64,000 nt of DNA, from IMG/VR virus record IMGVR_UViG_3300045945_000056; one strand, given 5' to 3'. Positions within the stretch are counted from its first letter, which is position 1; every line of letters starts with the position of its first letter. Positions 19,655 to 28,969 of this stretch are shown here, piece by piece. Under the pieces are notes generated by a model, which saw only the letters and a list, made by a program, of their open reading frames with translations, made no database searches and was not told where the DNA came from. Origin of the DNA: an uncultured virus (IMG/VR IMGVR_UViG_3300045945_000056) (lineage: Duplodnaviria; Heunggongvirae; Uroviricota; Caudoviricetes). Made by a program: the position numbers and the translations under genes.

Positions 19655-19831
19655 ATGCCTTACAAAATACGTAAAAAGGATGGCGATAAGTATGAGGTTA
19701 GCTCACCAAGTGGTGTTCGTGCTAAGGGTACATCTAAGAAAAAGGCCAAGGCTCAGGTGCGTTTACTGAATGCTATAGAGCATGACGAAGACTTCGTTGC
19801 GCGCCGCAAAAAGCGTAATAAGATGAGCTGA
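19655..19831 (+). CDS. Small basic protein (58 aa, not in ORF track)
   Basis: MPYKIRKKDG...TSKKKAKAQVRLLNAIEH with GAGG RBS. Confidence 0.7.
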   Translation: MPYKIRKKDGDKYEVSSPSGVRAKGTSKKKAKAQVRLLNAIEHDEDFVARRKKRNKMS

Positions 19832-19832
19832 T

Positions 19833-20168
19833 ATGGAAATCTTTACAAGAGACGACTTCAATAAATGGGCAGAACGTAATCACGATTATGAATTTGCTCA
19901 TGAAATGGCGTGTTTATTAGTCTACAAGTCGGTAGAAGAGATGTTGCGAATTTTACCAGGCGTCATTCGCAACTTAGTGAAGAGTACTATTATGCTACGT
20001 GACTTAACCGATCGCTTCTATGAGCAGAATAAGGATCTCGTCGCGCACAAGGATGTAGTTGCACGGGTTATTGAGGGCCTCGAATTGAAAGCTCCTGGAA
20101 TTGACCTAGAGCAATTGCTTAAAGAAGCCGCGCCGCTCGCACGCAAGCAGATAAGGATGCGTAAATAA
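19833..20168 (+). CDS. Protein resembling the scaffold C-terminal domain
   Basis: FYEQNKDL versus scaffold FYDANPDL, with a similar downstream pattern. Confidence 0.6.
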   Translation: MEIFTRDDFNKWAERNHDYEFAHEMACLLVYKSVEEMLRILPGVIRNLVKSTIMLRDLTDRFYEQNKDLVAHKDVVARVIEGLELKAPGIDLEQLLKEAAPLARKQIRMRK

Positions 20169-20629
20169 TGCGTGAATATACAGTAACCTACAAAGAAGGC
20201 CTGGCGAAAGGACTTCGCCCTAACGAGCGTAATCCACGCAATTCACAATTCCTTGCGGCGTTGCGCGGTGCGATTCCTTACGACGATGTAATTAGCACGC
20301 TTCGTGCTCTGCCTGATCCTATCAGCGTTCTCAATGCTCAGTGGCCATTCCCGCAGCTATTTCACCTACGCCGCATGACTCTCGTGTGTGATCGCACAGC
20401 AATATACGAGTATAAGGCCGGCGTACTCGATTTGCTGTGCAATACTGTTGCAGGTGACACGTGGAGTCATGCGGATTTTGGTGAGTATATAGTTCTCTCT
20501 AATGGTGCAGCCATTATTGTGCGCGATCCGCAAACAGGAATATTTGCTGAGTACCTTGATTGCAAGATACCTCCGTGCTTGTGTGTATGCGAGATCAACT
20601 CTCAGTTGATCGTTGGAGGTATTCTATGA
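20168..20629 (+). CDS. Tail nozzle/stabilisation protein, N-terminal part (putative)
   Basis: WPFPQLF, WSHADFG..LSNG and LIVGG beta-propeller-like motifs. Confidence 0.5.
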   Translation: MREYTVTYKEGLAKGLRPNERNPRNSQFLAALRGAIPYDDVISTLRALPDPISVLNAQWPFPQLFHLRRMTLVCDRTAIYEYKAGVLDLLCNTVAGDTWSHADFGEYIVLSNGAAIIVRDPQTGIFAEYLDCKIPPCLCVCEINSQLIVGGIL

Positions 20630-21969
20630 CAACCGTAACCTCACCTTCTGGCCGCAAGTCTGGATGGACAATGCTGTACAATGGTAACTGTCCAGGACCA
20701 GGAGAATTACCATTTCGCTTTGTAGACATCAGTGCTGGTCTTGATACGCATATGGCAATAGACAATCGTGGCCGCTTATACACATGGGGAAGTTCTAGCT
20801 GGCAATATGGCGGACAGACTCCGGTGCTTATAGATAGCGGTCCCAATTACTTTAGGCATGAGGCAACGTACCGTCATAGTGATGGTTATCAAGCAATGGT
20901 ATACCCTTATCAGGTAGGTACTAAAAATAACTGGATGAAATGCGACCATCTTGAGTATATTTATGTAGCACTCGATGCTGACGGATATTTATACGCTTGG
21001 GGAGAAGACGATACTTTTGGGCGTGGTGGGTGGGCACTTGCATCGCAGTACAGTGGTTCAGGCAGGCCTCCAAGTAATCCGTTTATTCCTGGCGGTGAGC
21101 AGGCAATCGTGCCGCAGCTTATAAATAACGTAGTATGGAAGGACTTTGCAGCAGGTCAATATCACATGCTTGGTTTGAAAGCTGATGGTACACTGTGGAT
21201 TTGGGGTAAGAATCTAGATGCGCTGACATATGGTGATGCTGGATATGCAGAAGATTATGTATCTAGAACACCAATACAGGTGACTTGGGTACCTGGACCA
21301 ATAAAGTTAATTAGTGCACACTATAGTGTAAATGCCGTGGTGACCGAGAGTAACCAAATTTACACATGGGGTAACTGGTGGAATTCGCACTATCCAGAAG
21401 CCGTACCAACACTGCGGCCACTTAGCTTGCCAGCTGGTGTCTCTATTACGGATATTAAGTGCTCACCATCTGGTATTGTAGTGTTGCTATCTAATGGTCA
21501 GTTGTACGCACAGGGAGATAGAATAGGATTTGCCTCACCCCCTACAGCTGACTCAGCTAATTTTGTGCTGTGTCCTGTTAGCAGAATCTTTGTGCATATT
21601 GATGTTAGTGAAACAGGTGCTGCTGCAGTAGATAATGCGGGCAATATTTGGGCCTGGGGAAATCAAGCATATCTGATATCTAATTCGACTGGCAATGATA
21701 TAAGAGATCCTACAATTCCTGTTATAACCGCTGCTCAAAATGAGGGTGATGGAAACTGGATTAAAGTAGGAATAAACAACTGGAGTCATATGGCACTCGA
21801 TAATCAAGGAAGGATGTTTACGTGGGGCAGCAACGTGTACGGATTGCTCGGTATAGGTGAGTTTCAAAGTGCTCCAACTGTTGATTCTTATTTTCCTGTA
21901 GAATGTTCACCATTCGCAACACTGGACGATGGAACACCAGCAATACCAGGAGTACTTACTCATGCTTAG
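20626..21969 (+). CDS. RCC1/BLIP-II-like repeat beta-propeller protein
   Basis: Repeated H..A.D..G.LY.WG.N units. Confidence 0.8.
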   Translation: MTTVTSPSGRKSGWTMLYNGNCPGPGELPFRFVDISAGLDTHMAIDNRGRLYTWGSSSWQYGGQTPVLIDSGPNYFRHEATYRHSDGYQAMVYPYQVGTKNNWMKCDHLEYIYVALDADGYLYAWGEDDTFGRGGWALASQYSGSGRPPSNPFIPGGEQAIVPQLINNVVWKDFAAGQYHMLGLKADGTLWIWGKNLDALTYGDAGYAEDYVSRTPIQVTWVPGPIKLISAHYSVNAVVTESNQIYTWGNWWNSHYPEAVPTLRPLSLPAGVSITDIKCSPSGIVVLLSNGQLYAQGDRIGFASPPTADSANFVLCPVSRIFVHIDVSETGAAAVDNAGNIWAWGNQAYLISNSTGNDIRDPTIPVITAAQNEGDGNWIKVGINNWSHMALDNQGRMFTWGSNVYGLLGIGEFQSAPTVDSYFPVECSPFATLDDGTPAIPGVLTHA

Positions 21970-23125
21970 TATTTATCCTCCACTGCCACAACTTCGTGCT
22001 CACGATCCTTGCGGCCATTGGCATAAGGGTGGGGGTAATACTGCTCGACTCGAAGAATCATTTGCTGCTAATTGCTGGGAGCCAACTATTGCTACAGATG
22101 GCACGCGTGCATTGTACGTGATATGCGGCAGGCATCGACCTAACGAAATCTATATGCTTAATTATCAGATACCACAAAACACCTGGGGAACATTACTGTT
22201 CCAAGATGACGTACTTCATTCTAACTGGGATGGTGGAGCTGCACTTGCAGGCAATGTATCAGCCTTTCACAATTACGCGTACGATATTTCCGGTGAACAA
22301 TTCCAGGAAATCACCTCGAATCCACGCATGCGCACGTATGTAAACTCAAATATTAAGGATTGGCCCAGCACTATTGAATTGCACGGTCGCAATAAGATTG
22401 CGGTAACTGCTAGCGGTATCGTCTCATGTATTATACGCACTGCCACCGCATGGCAATTGCAGCGCTCAACTGACTACGGTGTTAACTATTCGTTAGCATT
22501 CACACTCACGCCCCCCGTTACGGACGCGGCGGTAGTAATAAATCCAACTGACAGTATTACGTACGTAGCGATTCTCGATGGTCCAGCTAATCAATTACGT
22601 GTTTATGCAGGGCCTACCTACACACTCAAATCAACAACGGCTCTTGTAGGTAATCCTACAGGTCTTCGATTTCACGTAGACACTGGACGCTTCTTTGTGG
22701 CTGCGGGCTCGCAGTTCTATTACAGTACGAATGATTGTACTAGCTTCACGGCGCGCGTGCTTCAAGAGCCAAGTGTTATATTTGCTGCAACTGACACGCT
22801 CTTCTACAATCTTGCAGAATTAACGGATTATCGCACGGATAACTATGAGAATGCGACAATAGTGTGGAATGAAATAACTCAATTTGGTACTTCTCTTGAT
22901 CGCGCGACACTTCACAACGCCGGCCAGATAGCTGTGTACTCACAAGCTAAACTTCGGGTCGATGGCTCAGAAGGTAATATTGTTTCTATTCTGCTATCAC
23001 GTAATTTAGGCGAGCGTTGGATTGAGATTCAAACACCACTTGACTATTACGAAACATTTGAAGAAACACTAAATCTCGGGGATGACCCCCGCTGGCCATT
23101 TACTTCTCAAGGAGCTAAGCTATAA
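21962..23125 (+). CDS. Asp-box (BNR) repeat protein, putative virion component
   Basis: RSTDYGVNY, YSTNDCTSF and LSRNLGERW repeats. Confidence 0.6.
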   Translation: MLSIYPPLPQLRAHDPCGHWHKGGGNTARLEESFAANCWEPTIATDGTRALYVICGRHRPNEIYMLNYQIPQNTWGTLLFQDDVLHSNWDGGAALAGNVSAFHNYAYDISGEQFQEITSNPRMRTYVNSNIKDWPSTIELHGRNKIAVTASGIVSCIIRTATAWQLQRSTDYGVNYSLAFTLTPPVTDAAVVINPTDSITYVAILDGPANQLRVYAGPTYTLKSTTALVGNPTGLRFHVDTGRFFVAAGSQFYYSTNDCTSFTARVLQEPSVIFAATDTLFYNLAELTDYRTDNYENATIVWNEITQFGTSLDRATLHNAGQIAVYSQAKLRVDGSEGNIVSILLSRNLGERWIEIQTPLDYYETFEETLNLGDDPRWPFTSQGAKL

Positions 23126-23126
23126 T

Positions 23127-23546
23127 ATGGCGACACTTCCATCTAATAACTGTAAGTATTTATTGATGACTGCGGGGATCGACTTTGGTGCAGACGTGTT
23201 CAAGATAATACTCATGAAAGCCGGTTATGTTTTCAACCGTGCAACACATAACACGTATGCTGATGTGACTGCAGACGAACTAACAACAGGTAGTGGTTAT
23301 ACAGCTGGTGGTCAAACGCTTGCAGGCGGCACGGTGACTCGCGACGATGGTGCTAACGTAACAGTCGCTACTTGGAATAATCCTAGCTGGCTTGCAACCG
23401 GCGGCGATATTACTGCTCAAGGTGCTATAATCTTGGACGACACTTTAGCAAGCAAGCCAACGGTAGGATTTATTGACTTCGGTGCCGCACTCGTTACATA
23501 TGACAGCGGTACGTTTACTATAGCTAATCCACTGGTAGAACTATGA
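23127..23546 (+). CDS. Virion-associated protein
   Basis: FKIILM...EL.TGSGYTAGG..L motif common in tail modules. Confidence 0.65.
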   Translation: MATLPSNNCKYLLMTAGIDFGADVFKIILMKAGYVFNRATHNTYADVTADELTTGSGYTAGGQTLAGGTVTRDDGANVTVATWNNPSWLATGGDITAQGAIILDDTLASKPTVGFIDFGAALVTYDSGTFTIANPLVEL

Positions 23547-24706
23547 GCGTAGCTGATCCAGCACTAAATGTTACTTTCGAATGCTTGTATCAAGATGGCG
23601 CTATAAGGCTCGAGCCACGCCTTGACGGACACTCGCTTTCTGCAACAATTCCAGTAGAACTGACACGTATTGTTCTATCACTGCGTATTGGCAGCTATAT
23701 ACCTCAAGGCGCTGTCGCACGCGGCAATGTAATCAGCCTTAATTTAGTGTTGCGCGCCGAAGCATTAATTGAATCTTCTCGTAGAAACTGGGTTGGTTGG
23801 AGTAAGATAGGTGAAGCGAGCTTTGTTCTAGATACTGTTAACGATGCCGGATACAGGCCAATGAATTGGCGTGGTGATGTACTTGCCATTAAACAACTAG
23901 GCCGCGGCGCCGTGATTTATGGCAGTAATGGCATTACACTTATGTCGCCGGTCTCAAGTCCAGCACCAACATTCTCTTTTCGTGATCTAGCATATACAGG
24001 ATTACTATCTAAAGACGCCGTGTGTGGAACAGAATTCATTCATTACTTTATTGATGCAAAGTACCAATTATGGAAACTAACGCCTGAGGGTGCAACGTAC
24101 CTGGACTTCAGCGAGCATCTTAAAGTACTTATTAATCCAGTGCTGTTCTATGACGAGTATATAAAGCACGTACTTATCAGCGACAGTGAGCACGGGTTCA
24201 CACTGGCAGAGGACCGTATGGGTGACGGTTACTCTAAGCTGAGCGGGTACGTGTACGAGAGTGGTTCACTACTCGTTAGCTCCCCGCAGCTAATTGAGTA
24301 TGAGCCACTCTCACTTACCACGGATATTCTTGACTTCGGTCGGCGTTCGCAAAAAACATTAACTAACATTCAGGTAGGCACTGATGTTCCAGAGTGGCTA
24401 GAAATAGCCTATGATTACCGCTATGATCTAAAGCAGCCATTCAGATCTACTCGTTGGGTACGTCTTAACATTGAAGGAATTGCTTATCTTGCATGTGCAG
24501 GCATTGACTTTCGCATCAAAGTGCGTGCTCGTAGAGTTGCTAGACTCGACGTCGACTACATTAATATCAGTTTCAAGACTACGGATCAGCGCTTTAGCAG
24601 GAGTGCCTACGTAGGCAATCTTGCTATCAGCGCTTTTGCTGGGAGCGTAAGTCATGATTCTACAACTTCAACCAGACCAGGTGAGCGAGTACTGGGCCAA
24701 GATTAA
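23543..24706 (+). CDS. Tail nozzle/stabilisation protein, C-terminal part (putative)
   Basis: NWVGWSKIG, IKQLG..VIYG.NGI and TDILDFG...K motifs. Confidence 0.55.
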   Translation: MSVADPALNVTFECLYQDGAIRLEPRLDGHSLSATIPVELTRIVLSLRIGSYIPQGAVARGNVISLNLVLRAEALIESSRRNWVGWSKIGEASFVLDTVNDAGYRPMNWRGDVLAIKQLGRGAVIYGSNGITLMSPVSSPAPTFSFRDLAYTGLLSKDAVCGTEFIHYFIDAKYQLWKLTPEGATYLDFSEHLKVLINPVLFYDEYIKHVLISDSEHGFTLAEDRMGDGYSKLSGYVYESGSLLVSSPQLIEYEPLSLTTDILDFGRRSQKTLTNIQVGTDVPEWLEIAYDYRYDLKQPFRSTRWVRLNIEGIAYLACAGIDFRIKVRARRVARLDVDYINISFKTTDQRFSRSAYVGNLAISAFAGSVSHDSTTSTRPGERVLGQD

Positions 24707-25094
24707 GCCGGCGGCAATCGCTGCCATGGAATTAGATCCACTCGACCCGAATACGAGTGAGTACAGTAATAACTTGTTTATATCGCTGCTTAATAGCACG
24801 CATCAAGCCTGGCTCATTATGGATGACGAGCGGGAACTGTACGCAATGGGAATCACGTGCATAGTAGAGGACAACCTAACTGACGTGCGATCACTGCATG
24901 TGGACGCATTCTACAGCTTCCAGACAATGACGGATGAGCTGGCGCGTGATGCAACAGCTAGCATGCGAGAGTATGCATGTACTGTACGGTGCGAGCGGAT
25001 ACATGCACTGACAGGCAATCCGCGTGCAGCACGCTTGCTAGAGCTGGTTGGATTCAAAGCTGGCAAGATGGAGTATTTGCTTTCTTGTGGTTAA
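24654..25094 (+). CDS. GNAT-fold-like virion assembly protein
   Basis: Position before the ejection genes; C-terminal RLLELVGF. Confidence 0.5.
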   Translation: MILQLQPDQVSEYWAKIKPAAIAAMELDPLDPNTSEYSNNLFISLLNSTHQAWLIMDDERELYAMGITCIVEDNLTDVRSLHVDAFYSFQTMTDELARDATASMREYACTVRCERIHALTGNPRAARLLELVGFKAGKMEYLLSCG

Positions 25095-25319
25095 GAATTA
25101 ACCAAAGCACCGATGTGAGCAACGCGAACCCGCTTGCCACAACCGTGCTACAGGCCGCCCCAAGATTTTTCCCGGCAGGGGCGCCTTTGTCTTTTGCAAG
25201 CGAGCAGGTTGTCAAGGAAGCCTCCGCCCGAAGGGCATCCTTGACAAGCAGCGCAGTGCAGCATCATAATCCCTAGCCCCTGCAGGGACAAATCTTGCGA
25301 GGACTGATAGGAGTAAATT
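25088..25319 (+). repeat. Element H5
   Basis: TGGTTAAGAATTAACCA, GCAACGCG, hairpin at 25161-25297 with TTGACA-18-CATAAT, then AGGAG-ATG. Confidence 0.8.
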
Positions 25320-26192
25320 ATGGGTGGTGGTGGTACTCAAACTATACGTTATGCGCCTCACATTGAGCAAGCTCATAAGCGTATTCTCGACGAATCAGGT
25401 GGCGTAGTTCCGCAGCGTGGAGTATTTCGCGTACTTAACGACTTGTTCGATAAGTCTCCATATAAAGAGTACGAAACGTACGATATCGACGATGCTTTTT
25501 TTGGACGCGTACCTGGTAATGATACTACAACATATGAAGTACGAAACTTTCCTTCTTTGTACGATATGTTTGGTAAGTTCATGGCTGGACTTGATGTACA
25601 CACGCTCTGGGGTGACGTGTATGAAGACGTTATTCATGGTCCTGAAATTGCAGCTGCAGTCACAGCTCAGAGTGAGCTGGTGCAAAATGAGATTAATACA
25701 AAGGTTTTACCTTCGTTCCTGGCAGGTATGAGGGATATTAACGCGGTGCAAAGCACCACTTTCGTCATTGGCAAGGCAATTATTGCCGACGGCTACACGC
25801 GTTCAATCAACGAATTCCAGACACGCCTGCGATTAAGCGCGGTTGAATTGAGCGGTCAATTGTGGCGAAGTCATCTCGATTGGGATAAGGCTGTTATTGG
25901 TACGTACATGGAAATGACTAAACTTTATTATGCCACTCGTTTGGACGTTGATAATAGGCAGATGGAATATCTAGCTAAAGATCGCCTCTGGAATATGGAC
26001 TTATTTGATGAACCTCGTGCGATGTTAGGTGCGCTTAATGGTGCCGCAGCAGCAAACCAAAAGAATCGTCCGTCACAAGCAATGAGTGCAATAAGTGGCG
26101 CACTTAGTGGTGCTGCTGCTGGTAGTGCAATTGCTCCTGGATATGGTACTGCTATCGGTGCAGTTCTTGGACTTGGTGCGAGCTTCATTTAG
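25320..26192 (+). CDS. Putative DNA ejection/pilot protein
   Basis: MGGGG start and a C-terminal glycine-zipper hydrophobic segment. Confidence 0.6.
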   Translation: MGGGGTQTIRYAPHIEQAHKRILDESGGVVPQRGVFRVLNDLFDKSPYKEYETYDIDDAFFGRVPGNDTTTYEVRNFPSLYDMFGKFMAGLDVHTLWGDVYEDVIHGPEIAAAVTAQSELVQNEINTKVLPSFLAGMRDINAVQSTTFVIGKAIIADGYTRSINEFQTRLRLSAVELSGQLWRSHLDWDKAVIGTYMEMTKLYYATRLDVDNRQMEYLAKDRLWNMDLFDEPRAMLGALNGAAAANQKNRPSQAMSAISGALSGAAAGSAIAPGYGTAIGAVLGLGASFI

Positions 26193-26205
26193 TAAAGGAT
26201 TTACT

Positions 26206-27660
26206 ATGCAAATCAGCGTACAACCAATGCCCTTATCACCAGAGGTGATTGATGATCGTGTAGCTGTGCTGCTCGATGCTGGCGCTAATATCACTCTTAA
26301 TTATGATGACGCTGCAAACGTTCTTACTATATCGAGTCCTGGTACATTAACCGGTGAATGGATCTTCCGCAACCTCGTTGCGATGGCTGATCCTGGTAGT
26401 GGTAACTTTTGTATGAATGCTACAACTTTTGCGTCAATCACTGCGCTTGCATTCTCGACTACTACAGATGGTGGATTAGATGCAGCTAATGTACTTGGCG
26501 CAATTCAAGCTGGTGATGGTTTGTATCTTCAATCGAAAAGCGATTCTACAATCTGGGCACGATATACTATTGATTCTGTGACTAACAATACAAGCTGGTA
26601 TCAACTAGGTGTAACATTCGTTACAAGTAGTGCTGGAATGATAAGTAATGCTTCACCTGCTATTGTGCAGTTCCAAGGTGCTGGGTCTGGCGGTGGCGGT
26701 GGAGGCTACACAGATGAGCAAGCACAAGACGCCGTAGGCAATATCCTGCAGGATTCAGCAACTATTGATTTCGTGTACAATGATGCTACTCCTTATGTAA
26801 CGGGCCTAGTTAAGGACAATAGCATCACCGAGCCAATGCTTAACTTAAGTGATGTCACTACACAAAATGTAAGTATTACTAAACACGGATTCGTACCTAA
26901 AGCACCAAATAGTGCCGCACAATATCTCGACGGAACTGGAGCGTGGAGTACCCCAGCCGGAGGAACCAGTTATACCGATGAGCAGGCACAAGATGCAGTA
27001 GGAAATATTCTGGTAGATAGTGCAACGGTAAACTTTACGTATAATGATACAACTCCTTCAATTACTGCTGATGTTATATTTCCTACACTTACACCAATTG
27101 GTGCAGAGTATATTACAAGCACAGCTAATGCAACCCTCACTGCAGAACGCGTTCTTACTAATACTGGTACTGTAACGTGGGATTTTGCTACAGTAGGGCA
27201 AGCAAAAGCGAATGCTATTATTCCTACTAGCGCGCCTGTAGATGCGGAGTACGTCACTAGTATTGCTAATACTACTCTTAGTGCTGAGAGAGTACTCACT
27301 GATACTGCTACTGTTACATGGGATAGAACTACTGCTGGACAAATTAAAGCTAATGCCTCGGTGCCCCCTGGCTACACGGACGAACAGGCGCAGGATGCTG
27401 TAGGGACCATACTCACGGATAGTGCCACGATAGATTTCACGTACGACGATGCTACGCCGTCGATTACCGCAAGTTTGCTTAGCAACTCGGTGACTGAAAC
27501 ACATATTCAGTTAAGCGATCTTACTGCGGACAATGCGAGCATCACGCAGCACGGCTTTCTGCCTAAACTTTCTGGTACTAGTACACAGTATTTAGATGGC
27601 ACGGGTGCATGGACGACGCCGCCTGAGTTTGGTTCTCCATTCTTATTGATGGGAGCATAA
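26206..27660 (+). CDS. Tail fibre-like protein with internal repeats
   Basis: YTDEQAQDAVG x3, AEY.TS.AN.TL.AERVLT x2, HGF.PK...YLDGTGAW x2. Confidence 0.75.
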   Translation: MQISVQPMPLSPEVIDDRVAVLLDAGANITLNYDDAANVLTISSPGTLTGEWIFRNLVAMADPGSGNFCMNATTFASITALAFSTTTDGGLDAANVLGAIQAGDGLYLQSKSDSTIWARYTIDSVTNNTSWYQLGVTFVTSSAGMISNASPAIVQFQGAGSGGGGGGYTDEQAQDAVGNILQDSATIDFVYNDATPYVTGLVKDNSITEPMLNLSDVTTQNVSITKHGFVPKAPNSAAQYLDGTGAWSTPAGGTSYTDEQAQDAVGNILVDSATVNFTYNDTTPSITADVIFPTLTPIGAEYITSTANATLTAERVLTNTGTVTWDFATVGQAKANAIIPTSAPVDAEYVTSIANTTLSAERVLTDTATVTWDRTTAGQIKANASVPPGYTDEQAQDAVGTILTDSATIDFTYDDATPSITASLLSNSVTETHIQLSDLTADNASITQHGFLPKLSGTSTQYLDGTGAWTTPPEFGSPFLLMGA

Positions 27661-27661
27661 T

Positions 27662-27991
27662 ATGCCCAGCGCCTACAAACAGCTTTTTGCAAGTGCTCCC
27701 GCAGCAACAACGCTGACTGATGCGTACACCGTTGCTGCTGCAACGCAAGTAATAGTATCGAGTATCAGCGTGTGCAACCGCAGTGCGACGCCAACAACAT
27801 TCAGGCTTGCACATTCTCCTGCTGGTGTTGCCGATGCGAATAGCCACTACATTTATTACGACGCACCACTCGCAGCCAACAGTACGGTGATTATTACTGG
27901 CGGCATTACGCTGGCTGCAACAGATAAGATCCGTGTGTATGCTGGCGCGGCGACTGTAACGTTTATTGGGTGGGGAGAGGAACGGACATGA
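27662..27991 (+). CDS. Small tail-associated protein
   Basis: YTV.A.T..IV.SI.VCN...ITL...D.I.V pattern. Confidence 0.65.
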   Translation: MPSAYKQLFASAPAATTLTDAYTVAAATQVIVSSISVCNRSATPTTFRLAHSPAGVADANSHYIYYDAPLAANSTVIITGGITLAATDKIRVYAGAATVTFIGWGEERT

Positions 27992-28962
27992 GTGTGGCAA
28001 CATATCCGCCTGCAGATACAAGTCTCACGATTCCGCTAGCTATTAGTAACGGAGGAACTGGTGCTACAACTGCGGCTAATGCGCGCACCAATCTTGAGCT
28101 TGGCACCATGGCCACGCAGAACGCCAACGCCGTGGCGATTACGGGCGGAAGCGTCGCGCTTGGCGGTGCAACTAGTGGCTTGGCACAGTTGGTGCTTAGT
28201 AGTAACCAGGGCAACTCAGATAATCCTTTGGCTTGGACAGCACAGCGCGTATATCCGCACTCAGGAAGTGGATCGAATGTAACGATAGCTGGAATTACTA
28301 TAGAAGATCCGACCCTAACAGGTGGCAGTACTTGTGGCGGATACCGTGGTTTTCAAGTTCTGAATCCGACTATTCCTATATCCAATCAATGCTACGCTTT
28401 CCGTGGGTTGATTGCCGCTGGAGCAAATCGTTATAACTGTTATATGGAGGGCACCGCGCCGAATTATTTTGCCGGAACTGTTGGCATGCAGGCCAGTCCA
28501 CTCAGCGCTCGGGCTATCACGGTGGCGTATACCGCCAGCGGGGTGCAGTACGGTATCCAGGTGCAGCCATCGACAGATACCAACGCCAAAGCCCTGTTTT
28601 TCACCAATGCCTCTGGAGCGGAAGTGGGCTCCATCAGTACGACTGCCACAGCGACCGCGTACAGCACCTCCAGCGATATTCGCCTCAAAACCGCCATTAC
28701 CCCCATCACCGGCGCCCTGGAGCGTATAACATCGCTCAATCCAATTCGCTTTTTATGGAAATCTACCGGTGAAGAAGGGCATGGATTTGCCGCGCATGAA
28801 TTACAGCAAGTTGTTCCAGAAGCTGTTACAGGCGAACCTAATGCGCTCAATGAGGATGGCAGTATAAAGCCGCAGCAAGTTGATTTTAGCAAACTCGTAC
28901 CGTGGCTTGTTGGCGCACTACAAGAATTATCTGCTAAGTATGACGCATTATTAACACGCTAG
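27988..28962 (+). CDS. Tail fibre with C-terminal intramolecular chaperone (peptidase S74)
   Basis: TSSDIRLK...L.P..F.W...GF.AHEL..V.PEAV...VDFSKLVP.LV.ALQEL. Confidence 0.88.
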   Translation: MSVATYPPADTSLTIPLAISNGGTGATTAANARTNLELGTMATQNANAVAITGGSVALGGATSGLAQLVLSSNQGNSDNPLAWTAQRVYPHSGSGSNVTIAGITIEDPTLTGGSTCGGYRGFQVLNPTIPISNQCYAFRGLIAAGANRYNCYMEGTAPNYFAGTVGMQASPLSARAITVAYTASGVQYGIQVQPSTDTNAKALFFTNASGAEVGSISTTATATAYSTSSDIRLKTAITPITGALERITSLNPIRFLWKSTGEEGHGFAAHELQQVVPEAVTGEPNALNEDGSIKPQQVDFSKLVPWLVGALQELSAKYDALLTR

Positions 28963-28969
28963 GCTAAAT

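Noticed and set aside
26206..28962. Diversity-generating retroelement acting on the fibres
   Set aside because: No reverse transcriptase and no TR/VR pair differing at adenines is seen.
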